Positions 1 through 12,937 of a DNA stretch of 64,000 nt are shown here, one piece after another. Below the pieces are notes generated by a model. The model saw only the letters and a program-made list of their open reading frames with translations, was not told the origin of the DNA and did no database searches. This DNA is from Sphaerodactylus townsendi (Eukaryota), in NCBI RefSeq assembly GCF_021028975.2, contig NC_059436.1, positions 36,518,001-36,582,000 on the forward strand, read 5' to 3'. Position numbers and translations under genes: made by a program. Position 1 is the stretch's first letter; the number at the start of each line of letters is the position of its first letter.

Positions 1-127
1 TGAAAAGCTTGCATTTTATTTATGCCCAAAATAGAAGTTCTTAGATTAGAATCAGGCCCTACACTATGAATATTAATTGTGCGAAAGAGATCATTATTTT
101 AGATACACAGTACCACTTATTTGCCAG

Positions 128-143
128 CAGCGCCCCCTGGAGG
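128..143 (-). promoter_or_regulatory. Candidate CTCF binding site
   Basis: Reverse complement CCTCCAGGGGGCGCTG closely matches the CTCF core CCASYAGRKGGCRS. Motif match only. Confidence 0.5.
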
Positions 144-205
144 CACAACCAAGTGTCTTCACACTTTGAATACAGATTTCACATTAGAGTTAACAGCAAA
201 ATTGT

Positions 206-207
<2 letters not shown>

Positions 208-255
<48 letters not shown>
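208..255. repeat. (TC)n microsatellite
   Basis: About 24 TC units. Confidence 0.95.
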
Positions 256-259
<4 letters not shown>

Positions 260-1071
260 CCCCCAGTTCATTTTAATGTAATTTTACTAGCACAGTGGAA
301 ACAGATGCTTCTAAACAAGAATTTCCCTGGATCTCACAAAATGAACAAAATTTATAGGGCAGGCAGATAGGGTAAAAGTTAAGGCATGTTGAAAGTTAAG
401 GCATGCCTATGTACAGCCAGAAAATCTGTTGTATTCTGTGGGGCTTGAGTTAACATATGCAAATTAACTGTTCTTCCAAGTATCACCCACGGCTTGGCAT
501 TTGAAATTTTATTGCCACATTCATTGCTTCGCTGATACCAATTTATTAATCATTTTATAACATGTATTTGAATACTTTATAACAATAGCAATAATGATAT
601 AATCACATTTTATTTAGCCTTTGCATGTTTTTGTTACAAGACCCTTCTCAATGTTAGTGTTGCCTAATGGTTAGTGTAGCCTGACAAGCTATGAAATGCT
701 AAAGAGTTTGGAACTTTTCTATACAGGGGGAAAAAAATCACTAAACAGAAAGATGGTAGAAACTGAGAGGAATGGCATTCACAGAAACATTTCCCCTCTC
801 CATGTCTCATAACAGAACCAAAGACACTGATTGGTAATCATTTAAGATAAAAGAAATTAATTCCTTATACAATACACAATTAGGCAAATTACCACAAAAT
901 TTATCAGAGCCAGTAGCAGCCAGATAGTAAGATTCAAGGACAAACTGCACACATTATGCTGGAGATCTTAGGGGTGGCTTGGCTATGACTTGACTTGACT
1001 CTCGGGTGGCTGTAAATGTGTGAGAGGAATATAGATCAGGGCTGTGGCATTAGGGAGGGAGAGATCATTTA

Positions 1072-1193
1072 GGCCCCTTCTGCACACGCAGAATAATGCA
1101 TTTTCAATCCACTGTGCAAAATAGCAAAATCCACTTGCAAATAATTGTGAAAGTGGATTGAAAGTGCATTATTCTGCATGTGCGGAAGGGCCC
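1072..1193. mobile_element. PIF/Harbinger-type (Tourist-like) MITE, TSD TTA
   Basis: GGCCCCTTCTGCACACGCAGAATAATGCA...TGCATTATTCTGCATGTGCGGAAGGGCCC flanked by TTA. Confidence 0.8.
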
Positions 1194-4100
1194 TTAGTCA
1201 GGAAGAAACAATTAGCCCGCACACTCCACCAGCCCTCCACACTCCACCACAAATATATATATAGTTAAAGCTATACAATGGCAGTGAGCATCAATAGCTA
1301 AATGAATCTCTGAATATAAGATACTGAGGGCAACCAGCATGGAGGGCTGTTCGAACACTGTTTTTAAGAAGCCATCTGCCTGTCCACTGTTGGAAACTAC
1401 GTGGTAGCCTAGGTGGGTCATGGTCTGACTCTACAGTCCTCTTGCAGAGTTATGAAAATTGGATTCCAGTTTATTCTTGCCCACTTCCTGCTATGTGCTG
1501 CACAGCAGAGAAGCAATAGAGCCTTCTGGAATTGTGTTTCTTGTTCCACTTGGTTTGAGGAAGCAAACTAATCTGTGGGATTATCTATTCAGTTTACAGG
1601 AAACTAAACCATGAGTTGGATGCTACACACATAAACAAATGTCTGAAATGTATGTCTGAAATGCAGCAGCAAAGAGGAGTTGCACGCTTGTGTATTATTG
1701 GGCAGTGATATTTTTAGATGTACTGGATTTCATACCACTTCGTTGTTTTAATGTGTTGTAAAACATCTCCAGTCTAAAAGAAAGGCAGCCTATAAAATAG
1801 CAGCTTTAGAGTGTTACACCAAGTAGCAGAGCATGTCAAGCTTCTGCCAAGAGCAGTTGTGGCTATTATTACTGATTAAATTCCTCTGGGACAGGAGCAA
1901 AACAAACCAGTCAAACTTCATTCCTGAATGGAAGTGTTTTGCCCACTAAGAGCTGAAAGTAACAGTCTCCTGCCCCATAATTTCTTTATTCACTGCTGAC
2001 TAGAGTGGACCATAGTAAATGTTCCATTCACATCCTCATCTATATTTCATCCCCCAACCAATACTGAACACAAGGCTGACTCTTGTAGAATGCTACTGGA
2101 TCTCTATGTGATAGGAGCACACATTAAAAGTTACAACTTACAACTTCTAATCTTTACAATCACAGCAGATAAAGATGCTCTTACAAGATAATTTCAACAC
2201 CATTTTGTTTTCTAAACTCATGGTCCGCCACCTGGACCAACAAGAATCAACTGCCCCCTTGGCTTTGTGGACACAGTGGACTGATCACCTGGCCTGATGC
2301 CCAAAAACACGTTTCTGTCCAGAAGTAGAGTTGCATACTTTTTAAATTTAGTCCCACTCTTATACTTTTAACAACAGCATCATAAACAGAAATTAAATAG
2401 GTTAAGTTTTTCCCTGGGATTCAAAACTCTTCACTTGCTGAGCTTCTTCGTGCTTTATTCCTACTAAAGGCACAAGAGCACAGCTAATTTAAAAGGTAGA
2501 CAACTTTACTTAGAACACCCACTAAGCAGAAAACAAGTTTATACGAACAAAAACAGAACACTGATGCCAATTTTATGGGCTTTAACTGCATGTGATGGCA
2601 GAGAATTCTGAAAAATTAAGCTCAACTAAGGTTGATAACTGGTCAGGAAAAATACACTGAACCTTTAATAGATGTTTAATACCAGTAAGTGGAAATGGAA
2701 ATTTTAAGTTTTTAATGACATGAAGTTAAATAACATTACCCAGTAATTGTGTGCAGATCAACTTGATATTAAAGAGCCAGCTGGTTTACAAGTTGGCAGA
2801 CGTAATTTTAACATGCAATTCAATCAAAGCATGTACTTCTCTTCTAGAAGGCATACATGTGAAGATTTTGCCATGCATTTCCGGAGATATAAGATGCTTT
2901 ATAGGCTAACCAATTAGCAAAGCCCTCACGTTTCCAGAGAGATAGAGAGAGATCTAACTGTCTGGTAAAATAGAACAGCAATTTCCGGTATGTACATACA
3001 AGACTCCCTTCCCTGATCCCTCAATTTTGCATCTTTGTGCTGAAAAAGTTCACGCTGTTGCTTTCATGCTCCCAAGCAACATTTTTCACCAAGGGAAAAA
3101 TGGCAAGCATATCCTGAACTAGGAATGTCAATTTGTTAGCAGCCGTGTCTCCTGCACCTTTAATAGCTGACATTAATGATTTCACAACCAAACCCCCTCA
3201 CATACTGATTTTTGCAGGTCAATCAAGACAAAACAAAAGTCCCCTGTTATGTTTTTGTTTAGGGGCAACCATATTCCATATTTTCTGCCAGAAAAAAAGT
3301 GACAACTCAAACAAAAAAGACATCTAATCCAACCCTGGTTACCTATGTTCATCCAAAAAGATTCCTGGTGCCTTTTTCTTGTCCATGTGCAGAAACACCT
3401 CTTTTATTCTTTACACCAGGAAAAAAAATGTTGTTCATCAAAACATTTGCATGTCAAACAGTAGCTAAAGGCTGCTCTCCAAATCATGGAAAGGGGTTAA
3501 AAAATTAGTCCCTCTTACATAGTTAATAACTTTCTACCAGCCCCTGCTGCAGTTTCCTATGTTGAACTTCCACACTTAGCAGATAATAGTGCACGTGGTG
3601 AGAGCCTGAATCATAATGATTTTTTGCAGAGAAGGCTGAAATTACAGGCATGGGAGGAAACAGCAGCCAGGCTTTCTTCTCCTTTTCCCCCTGGTCAGCA
3701 GACAAACTAGCAGCCCTACCAGCACCCTTCCCCAAGAGGCTGAACGTCCCACCCATAAACCCCACCCTGCAGACAGAGAGCGCCCATTACCGAGTTTCAG
3801 GTCTTCGGTGTCTCAGCATCAGGGAATTTTCTTCCCTCCTTCAAATGAACAGGCCAACCCCATCTGGAGGTCAAAGGGCAGCATTTGTAAGATGGGAGGG
3901 GGGGCTGCTCAGCCTTTGCTTATTGTAGCCTCTTGCGCAAAGGGGTTTCTGAGCTGCCTGAGAGACTGAAAATGGCAAAGCTGGGAGTGGCCCCCGCACT
4001 GGCTTGCTTCCTTCTTACACCCGCACGAGGCCTTATCTCGGTCTTGCTCTGCAGCTGTGTTTGGCTGCTGGCTGGCTCATAGCCTCCGGTGTTGCAAGAA

Positions 4101-4821
4101 GGTCACACAACACACACACATTTAGGCACGGAGCCCATTGGCTGTGGTCAGACCACAAAGGAAATTCAGCTCAGGCTACAAGGCCGACTCAGGCCCCTAC
4201 CACCACCCATTCCCATGAGGCCCAGGCTTAGGTCACAGAGAAGGCAAGGGAGGGCAGGGTGAAGGACTACAGTGCCGGCCTATCTGCGCCTCCCAGTTTT
4301 GAGACTCAGCCCAGATCAGGACTGGAAAGGTCTGACAAGCTGTAGTTCCAATTGCCAGCTGTAAAACATCAAGGTCTGCTGCCTCTGCCAACTATCTCCC
4401 CCCATTCCCACATTGGCAGGGCCACTGTGCTTTTAATCGTGCAACACTCTGTTGTGAGGTTTTGTGAACATTTAGGGTACAATTGGGGGAGCAGCCAATT
4501 CAGACTTGTTCATCTGAGATTTTTAGGGTTCACTTTGCTGTTGTTCTTAAGGTGCCTATCCTAAAATGCAACAAAACAAGATTATAAATTTATCAGCACT
4601 GGCAGCTACAGATGCAGGCTAGACATCAGAAGAAAATACTACTAGAACACAGTCACACAACCCGGAAAACCCACAACATCTTGTCAACATTTGAAACAGT
4701 TCCTGTGGCTGAACCTTTAATAGTAGTTTCCTCTGCAGCGATTTGGAGATGACAGCATTGAATGCCACGCTGTAAAAAGTTTAACTTGCTAATTTCTAGG
4801 TATCAAACCTTTGCTAAAGTC

Positions 4822-5273
4822 TGTAGTGATGCACTGCTGACCCAGCAGCACCGTGGTAGAACGTTGGGACGCCAATGGACCTACGGCCTTGCTGGTCGCA
4901 CCGCACCCCCACTCCTCATCCCCCTATGAGTCACGGGTCATGAACTGTCTGGCTCAGTCACCGGGCGCAGGGACAATGGTCTTGCCCCCAGGTGAGGATT
5001 AGGCTCAGACGCTTACGCTCCTCTCCGCACGTAGCCAGGTGAGATCATGCATCACATGATGATCTCCAGGTCTCCCAGTCTCCCGCTCATCTCCCTACCC
5101 ACCTCCTTTACACGCCCACAATGAAACCCTAATAAAAGGTGCGAGAGACCAGCACAGGGAGAGTTGTCAGGATCACGAAAACCCGCGCTTCCTGTTGCTG
5201 ACGCTCTCCGCCAGATGAAACCTCCTCCGCGTCTCGCCTATTCCTTAGCGACGACCCTGCGGGGTTGACTACA
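4822..5273 (+). mobile_element. Solo LTR (452 bp) with 6-bp TSD AAAGTC
   Basis: TGTAGT...ACTACA termini. AAAGTC at 4816-4821 and 5274-5279. Internal CCAAT and AATAAA (~5131). Many intact CpGs. Confidence 0.9.
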
Positions 5274-6106
5274 AAAGTCAAAGCAGCAGTTTACACTAGC
5301 TTTCAGTCCATCTCCTCCTGAAGAGCCCTGAGCACATCCATGATGGCTTCAGTCGTGAGTACTGCACTGCACACAGGTGTCTTGTCTTCAAATTCTTGCC
5401 AACTTGAGAAGGGCTCTGGCTGCCAAAAGCGTCACCACCTTTTTCAGCCATCCCTTATTGCTGCCCAGTTAACCACAGCAAGTTGAGCAAGAATGAGAAA
5501 GGAGTAATGTTTACATCAGTGCTACCGGCTGATAGCTGTGAATCAAACTACTGTTAAAACAGTGGGAGACTGAGAAATAGGCAGCTGCATTCGTGGCTGA
5601 CAGAGACTGGTAGGGAGGGGAAGAAAAGATAGTTAGCTGAGGTTGGTGAGACCAGGCTAAGGAGGAGAGAGGCCAAGCATTTAAAAAGCAAAGGCCCAAT
5701 CTAACAGTGTGGTAGGCAGAAATTCCACAGATGAATCATAACCAGGTAAAACTGCATCAGATGAAATTCTATTGGTTACATTGCTGTTAAACACAGATAT
5801 TCTGTCAGCAAGAGCAGAAGGAACGTACTAATGATATCCAGGCAGCCAGAGAGTAGAAGAGGAAACTTGTGGGGGAAAAAACAGAATCCAGTGATTGCCA
5901 CTAACTGAGATTAGCATACCCTTCCCTTGATCATAACATACAACCATCTGCCTCCTCTTCAAAACTTAAGCTTCGGAAAGGAACAACATCTAAGTTTGAC
6001 ATTTGCCTCCTGAAAAAGCAGTCAGACTAAACGCCAAGGCTGCCAATTAACTGAATGCTGTCGTTAGGCCTCCCTGAGCTACTATGTGCAGTTAGCTAAG
6101 ACTCAC

Positions 6107-6297
6107 CGTTGCAAGAGTTCCCGGTATCAAGTGAATGTAGCCCCATGGCTTCCTCTTTCTTCCTTCCTCTCTGACTTTTACAGCCAGACCAGTTTTCCTC
6201 TGGGCGTTCAGTGGAATGAACTCTCCTTACAGGCATGCAAATTTCCTGAGAAATGTTCAACAAAAGGCAGACATATTTCATCCTTTGCATATCTATT
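6107..6297 (-). other. Candidate exon of an unidentified minus-strand gene running off the left edge
   Basis: TTTCCTGGTCTTTAG acceptor, G|GTGAGT donor, open frame (..MPVRRVHSTERPEENWSGCKSQRGRKKEEAMGLHSLDTGNSCN). Product not recognised. Confidence 0.3.
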
Positions 6298-6419
6298 CTA
6301 AAGACCAGGAAATATATATATAGGGTGTGTGTGTGTATAAAGTTTATAAAAATATATTGTTGCAAACTCAAATACATGTATATAAAGACAAAACTATAGT
6401 CGCTTATAATAGATTAGAC

Positions 6420-7111
6420 CAGTGGTGGCAAACCTATGGCATGGGTTCCAGAGGTGGCACTTAGAGCCCTCTCTGTGGGCACGTGCGCAGAGAGTTTGTC
6501 ATGTGGGGTGGCACAGAAAATTGCCCCCCACACATCTAGGCTGGCCTGAACTGCTGGGCACGACATTCACACACCACAGCAAGCAGGAAAGACTCGGCTA
6601 TTTTGTGGTGGGGGTTTATTGGGTTTCAGAAAGATAAAGTTTTACTTCCCTCTCCCCCCACACCCCTCCCCCTTCTCACCAGGCCCCCAGTGTGATAATA
6701 GTGTAATTATTTCAGGGAGATTAATAGCATTAAACCTAAGACCTAGTTTTGGGGAAGCAGTGTAGGTAACCCTGTTAAGAACTGTGAAGCTCCACTGATT
6801 TTCATGGGAAGAACTAAAGCGCAATCCTTTACCTGGGAGTAAGCACAGTTGCTGGCAATGGGGCTTGCTTCTGAGTAAACCCTCCTAGGGTCATGATTCA
6901 CCCATTTGAGGAGTTGCACGGTTGCTTCAAAGCAAAGCCACCAACTTCCATCAAGCTTGCTCCCAAGTAACGTGTACCTTGGAGCCAACCATTTTTTCTA
7001 AACTAAAACCTCAGTATTCAGGTTAAATTGCCATGTTGGCACTTTGCAATAAATAAGTGGGTTTTTGGTTGCAGTTTGGGCACTCGGTCTCTAAAAGGTT
7101 CGCCATCACTG
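6420..7111. mobile_element. Non-autonomous hAT element (692 bp), 8-bp TSD GATTAGAC
   Basis: TIR CAGTGGTGGCAAACCT...AGGTTCGCCATCACTG. TSD at 6412-6419 and 7112-7119. Confidence 0.9.
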
Positions 7112-8975
7112 GATTAGACCATGCAAAACTATAGATTAGCTATGTAAACAAATAACTCTGTAGTTATTTACACTAGCTTTCAGTCCATCTCCCACTGAAG
7201 AGCCCTGAGCACATCCAAAGACGGCTTCAGTCATGAGCACTGCACTGCACTGCATTTACATTTATATTCTATCCTATATTCAGACCACCCTCATAACATG
7301 ATATGGACTGCAATTTGAACTGCACTTCTGCCATCTGATAAGTAGTTTGGAAATTGGTATTTGTTTTCTATGTATGGTTTTAGCTCGCTGTTATTGGTTT
7401 TATTTGTGAAGTTTTTAATATGTATATTGTACACCACCCAGAGCCTTTTGGGGGTGGGTGGTATATTAAATTGAATGAATGAATGAATATTTACAGTAAC
7501 AGGCATCTGGAGAGATAAGGAAAGAAGAAGGAAGAGTTTGGATTTATACCCTGCCTTTCTGGTGTGATCATGTAACCTGAATGGCCAGGCACCCTACAGC
7601 AATAGAAGTGCCAAAAAGGGGGGGGGGTAATTTACATTCCTTGGCCACACTGCCCACCTCCCTCTGCTAGTGCTTCTGGTCTCTGTCTGCCAGACCCTAT
7701 TCCCCCAACCAGTTGAGCTGTAGGCCCCCCAGCAATTTCCTAATTGATTCTAATAACCAGTCTGCCCCGGGAAGACCTCATCCTGGGAATAATTAAAAGA
7801 ATTGTCCCGTAGACAAAAGAAATGCTTAGAATCCAGCTACCAAATGTATATATGAAGTTTTAAACACCTGCAAGTTCATAGTTTTGAAACAGCTGATCAA
7901 AACAAAAGACAAATATTTAATGCACAAAGTAGACAACCACCACCACCTTTCTCAAAATGTCTCAATTCAGTTCACAATTTATCTATTAAAAGCTAATAAA
8001 ATAACAATAAAGCGTCTATAAAGCAATATGGAAATGCATGCCCTAGTTTACAAAAACACCCCTATTAAAAAGTTTTCCTCCCTCCCTTCCTTTTATTATT
8101 ATTTTTTACAAAACCTGCTTGAAGGACTGGAGTTGGAAGGCTTTCTTAGCTCCCTCTGGTAACTTGGTTCACCAGGCAGGGGCCACAACCAAAAAGGCTT
8201 GAGCAATTACTAAAACAGATCTTACTTCTCTGTAGGAGTGGGATCGTCAAACGTTCAGATCAGATGAACTGTGGTGGCACAGCGGAGTGAAATGGCAGAG
8301 GAAGCTATCAGATTACAACCTAAGACGTCTTTTTTGTGGGGGGTAAATTCTTGACCTTTCAGACAGGAACATGTACTCATTGGCCCCACGCTGGCTACAG
8401 TCCTGCCACTGGCATGAGTTGGATGCAGCCAACTGTTTTAATTTCACCGAATCCCTTCCTCACAACAGTTCCCATTTCACACAGCTTTTGTCTTTGCAGG
8501 TCCTAGGAGCCTCAGGATAGCTTTTTTGGGTAAGAGAGCCCCCTCCCTTTTTCAGAAGTGGAAAAGCCGGTTGAATCCAATCCCATGTTATTACAGGCTC
8601 TGCAGAAAGAGGAAGTGGAAATCAAACAAGCAAAAGTTTCTGCCTGCCAGATCACAATCTGCAAGAAGAATGAGCATCCCTGCTCTACCCTAGGAATTGA
8701 GAGAAAACTGTGTTCTTTCCAGGACGGGACTGTGACTCATGGTGGGCTCTGAAACCCTGCTTTTCCCTGGCTTTATCAGAGACTCTAGCTGGGGTCTCTT
8801 TCGGCTAGCAGAAACTTTGTGATTTTAATGGCTGAGGGCACTGCAGAAATATTGCTGGAGGGCTTTTCGTATCATTTCATCTCCAAACCAGTATGAGCAT
8901 CACCTAGTTTCTTCATATTAGGTTCAGAAGCTCTACCAGCAACAAAACAAAATAATCCACACAAACAAACTCTAT

Positions 8976-9265
8976 GGGAGCAGCAGTGGCATAGTGGTTA
9001 AGAACAGGTGCATTCTAATCTGGAGGAACCGAGTTTGATTCCCTGTTCTGCCACTTGAGCTGTGGAGGCTTATCTGGGGAATTCAGATTAGCCTGTGCAC
9101 TCCCACACACACCAGCTGGGTGACCTTGAGCTAGTCACAGTTCTTCTGAGCTCTCTCAGTCCCACCTACCTCACAGGGTGTTTGTTGTGAGGGGGGAAGG
9201 GAAAGGAGATTGTAAGCCCTTTTGAGTCTCCTTACAGGAGAGAAAGGGGGGATATAAATCCAAAC
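8976..9265 (+). mobile_element. tRNA-derived squamate SINE (Squam3-like)
   Basis: A-box TGGCATAGTGG, B-box-like GTTTGATTCCC, tail CCCACCTACCTCACAGGG...GATATAAATCCAA. Highly similar to the 28540 and 46585 copies. Confidence 0.85.
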
Positions 9266-9522
9266 NNNNNNNNNNNNNNNNNNNNNNNNNNNNNNNNNNN
9301 NNNNNNNNNNNNNNNNNNNNNNNNNNNNNNNNNNNNNNNNNNNNNNNNNNNNNNNNNNNNNNNNNNNNNNNNNNNNNNNNNNNNNNNNNNNNNNNNNNNN
9401 NNNNNNNNNNNNNNNNNNNNNNNNNNNNNNNNNNNNNNNNNNNNNNNNNNNNNNNNNNNNNNNNNNNNNNNNNNNNNNNNNNNNNNNNNNNNNNNNNNNN
9501 NNNNNNNNNNNNNNNNNNNNNN
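9266..9522. other. Assembly gap (257 N)
   Basis: Run of N directly after a SINE tail. Confidence 1.
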
Positions 9523-10674
9523 TTTGAATTTAGCTCAATGTGAGTACCACTTTCTACATACACCCTGTTCACAAGTTCTATTACAGTGAATGTGTGTATA
9601 ATCCACTGACAGAGTAATTCTTAAATTACATTCAGTGCATGAACAGCTGTAAAGCCCACATTTATCCAGGTATCAACCTCAGGTTCTCGTCTGCAATGCC
9701 ACTCAAAGGTACAAGATGCTCTGTTGTCTTGTTTGCTTCTCTGCCTTCTCCTTCAGCCAGGGGCCTGCAAAGCCCACATTCTTGGCATTAAAAGTCCTCC
9801 GTTAATCTCTGCTCTGCACATTCATCTCGTTCAGCCTACTGGGCAAAGGCATCTGTGGAAAGGGATGAGCAATAACTCCAGAGCAGCCACTGAGTAAGAT
9901 ATGTTAGGCTGTCTCGATGAATTTACGCAGAGGAAAGAATTTGGGAATCTGGCTTTGCAAGGATGAGAACAAATCTCTTCGTAATCCTAATTATCATCTG
10001 TGTATCACTTTCAGGATTTCAAAGCTTTTCATATTGTCTTACTGCTTTCCTCACAACAACGCCGTAAGGGACAAAATTTGTAGCTGAGTCTCTCAGGCAC
10101 TACACAATGCCAGGTTTCCAAACACAATGTCCTCTTCTGCACAGCAGTGGAAAGTATCAGCAGTCTGTTTTTCTAGAAAGCAGAACAGTCTAAGAAATCA
10201 GGCTGTACTTTTATACTTTCCTTTATTTAGGGCTTACATCCTGCCTTGCCCCAGCCAAAGGCCAGGCTCAGGGCAGCTCACATAGAAACACAGGAGCAGG
10301 CAACTCCCTGAGCCTCAGGTCCTGAACTACTGGGTTTGCAGGGGTAAAGGCCTAACACACACTTTCTATTAGACTAGCCCTGGAAGTGTACAGGGTGCTT
10401 CACTTGTAAAGTGGGCAACATCACCCTGTGTGCCAGCAAGATCTCTGGATCAAAGGATGTGTGAGTGGTTGGAATAGTATTAATACCTGTTCTGCCCCCC
10501 AAGTTAATCTTTTTGAGGTGCCCTGTACTTGGCTAGGAATGGGGGAGACACAAGCCAGGTTCAACAGTTCTTACAATGGGTTTATTACTGGAGAGAAACA
10601 AGACCCTAACTCCTCCCTTGGGTCTATCTAAGTCAGAGTACTTGCTTGTCTTGAGCAGGTTTGAATCTGTAGAC

Positions 10675-10820
10675 CAGTGGTGGCGAACCTTTGGCACTCC
10701 AGATGTTATGGACTACAATTTCTATCAGCCCCTGCCAGAATGGCCAATTGGCCATGCTGGCAGGGGCTGGTGGGAATTGTAGTCCATAACATATGGAGTG
10801 CCAAAGGTTCGCCACCACGG
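10675..10820. mobile_element. Palindromic hAT MITE, TSD CTGTAGAC
   Basis: Near-perfect fold-back. TIR CAGTGGTGGCGAACCT. 8-bp TSD on both sides. Confidence 0.92.
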
Positions 10821-11506
10821 CTGTAGACTGTGACTTCTCTCAGTTGCTTTAGGAAAGTCCACTCTGTCTTGCTTCCTTTCAGCGCTTTCAGTCTTTTTCT
10901 AGTTCTAACTGCTATTAAACTTGATTTGTACTCTATGGACCACCATATATTAATATGGATGTCACAAATATTCTGGTTTCCAACACCCTTAACACCTCTC
11001 TCAGACTGACTAAAACCATGCTAACTAGGGGGAAACTAAAGCTTAATGGGGAAATAACAAAAGCCTCTGTGGGGGTATAACAATTCCGTAAGAATAATCA
11101 AATATCATGAGATCATCAATAAGTATAAGACTCACATCAACACAACATTTACTCAGGATCCTACAGAACAGGAATCAACAATTAATTATTTGGTGCTTGA
11201 TTTGCATGCTATAAACACAGTAAAAAAATGCAAAAGCTGATCAAATGCAGGTGGGGTTGAAGGTGCCTCTTGACTGTGATAAGGGACAGGCTTGTGTGGT
11301 TTCTCCATCACTGCTGTGGCTCCAATACAAAATATAGCAGTGACAAGCTTCTATGTGGCAGGTTTCCCAGCTGCATTCTTTCTGTCCCATGCGCTGCCAC
11401 TGGGGCTTTCAGTGTTTGTTTGTTCAATCTGTGCCAACAGGTTATCTGAATTCCCAGCTTTCATTTAAACAATGAATGTCTCTATCCGCTTGTGGAGATA
11501 GAAGGA

Positions 11507-11607
11507 CAGTGGTGGGATTCAGCCGGTTCGCACCACTTTGGCAGAACCGGTTATTAAAATGGTGCTTGTAAACAATTAGTTGTTAAATTATTTGAATCCC
11601 ACCACTG
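11507..11607. mobile_element. hAT MITE, TIR CAGTGGTGGGATTC
   Basis: 14-bp TIRs and degenerate 8-bp TSD (TAGAAGGA/TATAAGGG). A relative lies at 40737. Confidence 0.8.
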
Positions 11608-12266
11608 TATAAGGGGAAATGTGTCTTTCTGCAAGAAAAGGGACTAGAGACTTCCTTTTTAAAAATGAAATCTGTGGATTCAGATAACTTGATGTATAGT
11701 TTGTTATAATAACGTTTGATTGGTGATTTTAAAAAAGCAATTGGGGGTAGCTCTAAGGATCCCGCAGGGGCAGGGGAAATGGCTCCCAAATGTTGTTTCT
11801 CTTGGTGGTCAATATCAATTATTATTTTTAAATAGTGCTATCTTTTCTTCCTCTGTGTTTTGAAAACCGTTTTAATCCATGGTTGCTCTTGATTGATATT
11901 ACTAATTATTTCGCAATATTTTTATGTGCTGGTAAACTACTTTGTATGTAAGAGGAAATTAACCTCATCAATAAATAAATGCTGTGCATTTGACGGTAAT
12001 TGTGCTTAATTTCTGCTCACACTAATTATGAAGAGCCAGGAAGACCCCTTTTCATTAAGCACTGCCTGCATACTTTTCAGACATAATTTCACAGACTTCA
12101 GGGCTAGAAACTTCACTTTTTAAAACTGAAATTTAAACCTGATTCTCATATTGCTGAACTTTGCACTTAGTGGTGGCTGCACCATGAAATTATGAATACA
12201 CACAACCCTTGAAGGACATGTAATTCCTGAACTGCTTATCTTTGGCTCCAGGCCACACTCTAGAGT

Positions 12267-12937
12267 CTACTGCTTGTGAAGTCGATGGTGCTGTGATAGA
12301 CTAGAGTTCCGTGTGAAGCTTTTCCCACACTCTTTGCACTGAAATGGTTTCACCCCAGAGTGTCCCCGGCAGTGTCTATACAGAGCTGAGCACAGGCTGA
12401 ACCTCTTTCCGCATTCCTGACACTGGTAAGGTTTCTCCCCTGTGTGGATTCTCTGATGTTTGATGAGGTCTGAGCTCTGCCGGAAGCGCATCTCGCACTC
12501 AGTACACTGGTATCGTTTCTCAGCAGAGTGGCTTTTGAGATGCCGGTGAAGGGCTGTACTTTCGCTGAATCTACTCCTGCATTTAGGGCACTGATATGGT
12601 TTCTCTCCCAAATGTATTCTCTTATCTCTAAGAAGCTCTGTATGCCTGCCAAAACTGTTGCCATACTGTCTAGCTATATTTGATTTTCCTCCTGTGTCCA
12701 CACCAGTGCCCTGAATCTTCTGGTGCCTTGTATCATGATAAGGAGCAGAAATGTCCATTGTTGATGGAAGTCCGACGAGATCATTTGCAGTTCGAACCTG
12801 GCTAGCCCACACTCTCCCCTGGTCATGATTCTGCACAAAGTCACCCGCATGTATTGCTGGCAAGGACTTTTGTAGTTCCTCTGCCTCATCCTTCAAGGCA
12901 GACTGCGGCCCTTTTTCTCTAGGGATCATTCCAACAT
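12267..12937 (-). CDS. SCAN-ZNF gene, terminal exon with 4 intact C2H2 fingers and 1 degenerate finger
   Basis: TTTCTTCCTACAG acceptor, phase 1. Fingers CPKC..H..H, CTEC, CQEC, CKEC with (H)TGEKPY-type linkers. Stop TAG at 12267-12269. Spliced CDS 753+109+671=1533 nt (510 aa). No KRAB exon seen. Confidence 0.92.

Noticed and set aside
9171-9572. 133-aa ORF
   Set aside because: Artefact of translating across the N gap and a SINE.
10387-11165. Possible old LTR around the 10675 MITE
   Set aside because: TG...CA ends can be drawn, but there is no convincing TSD.
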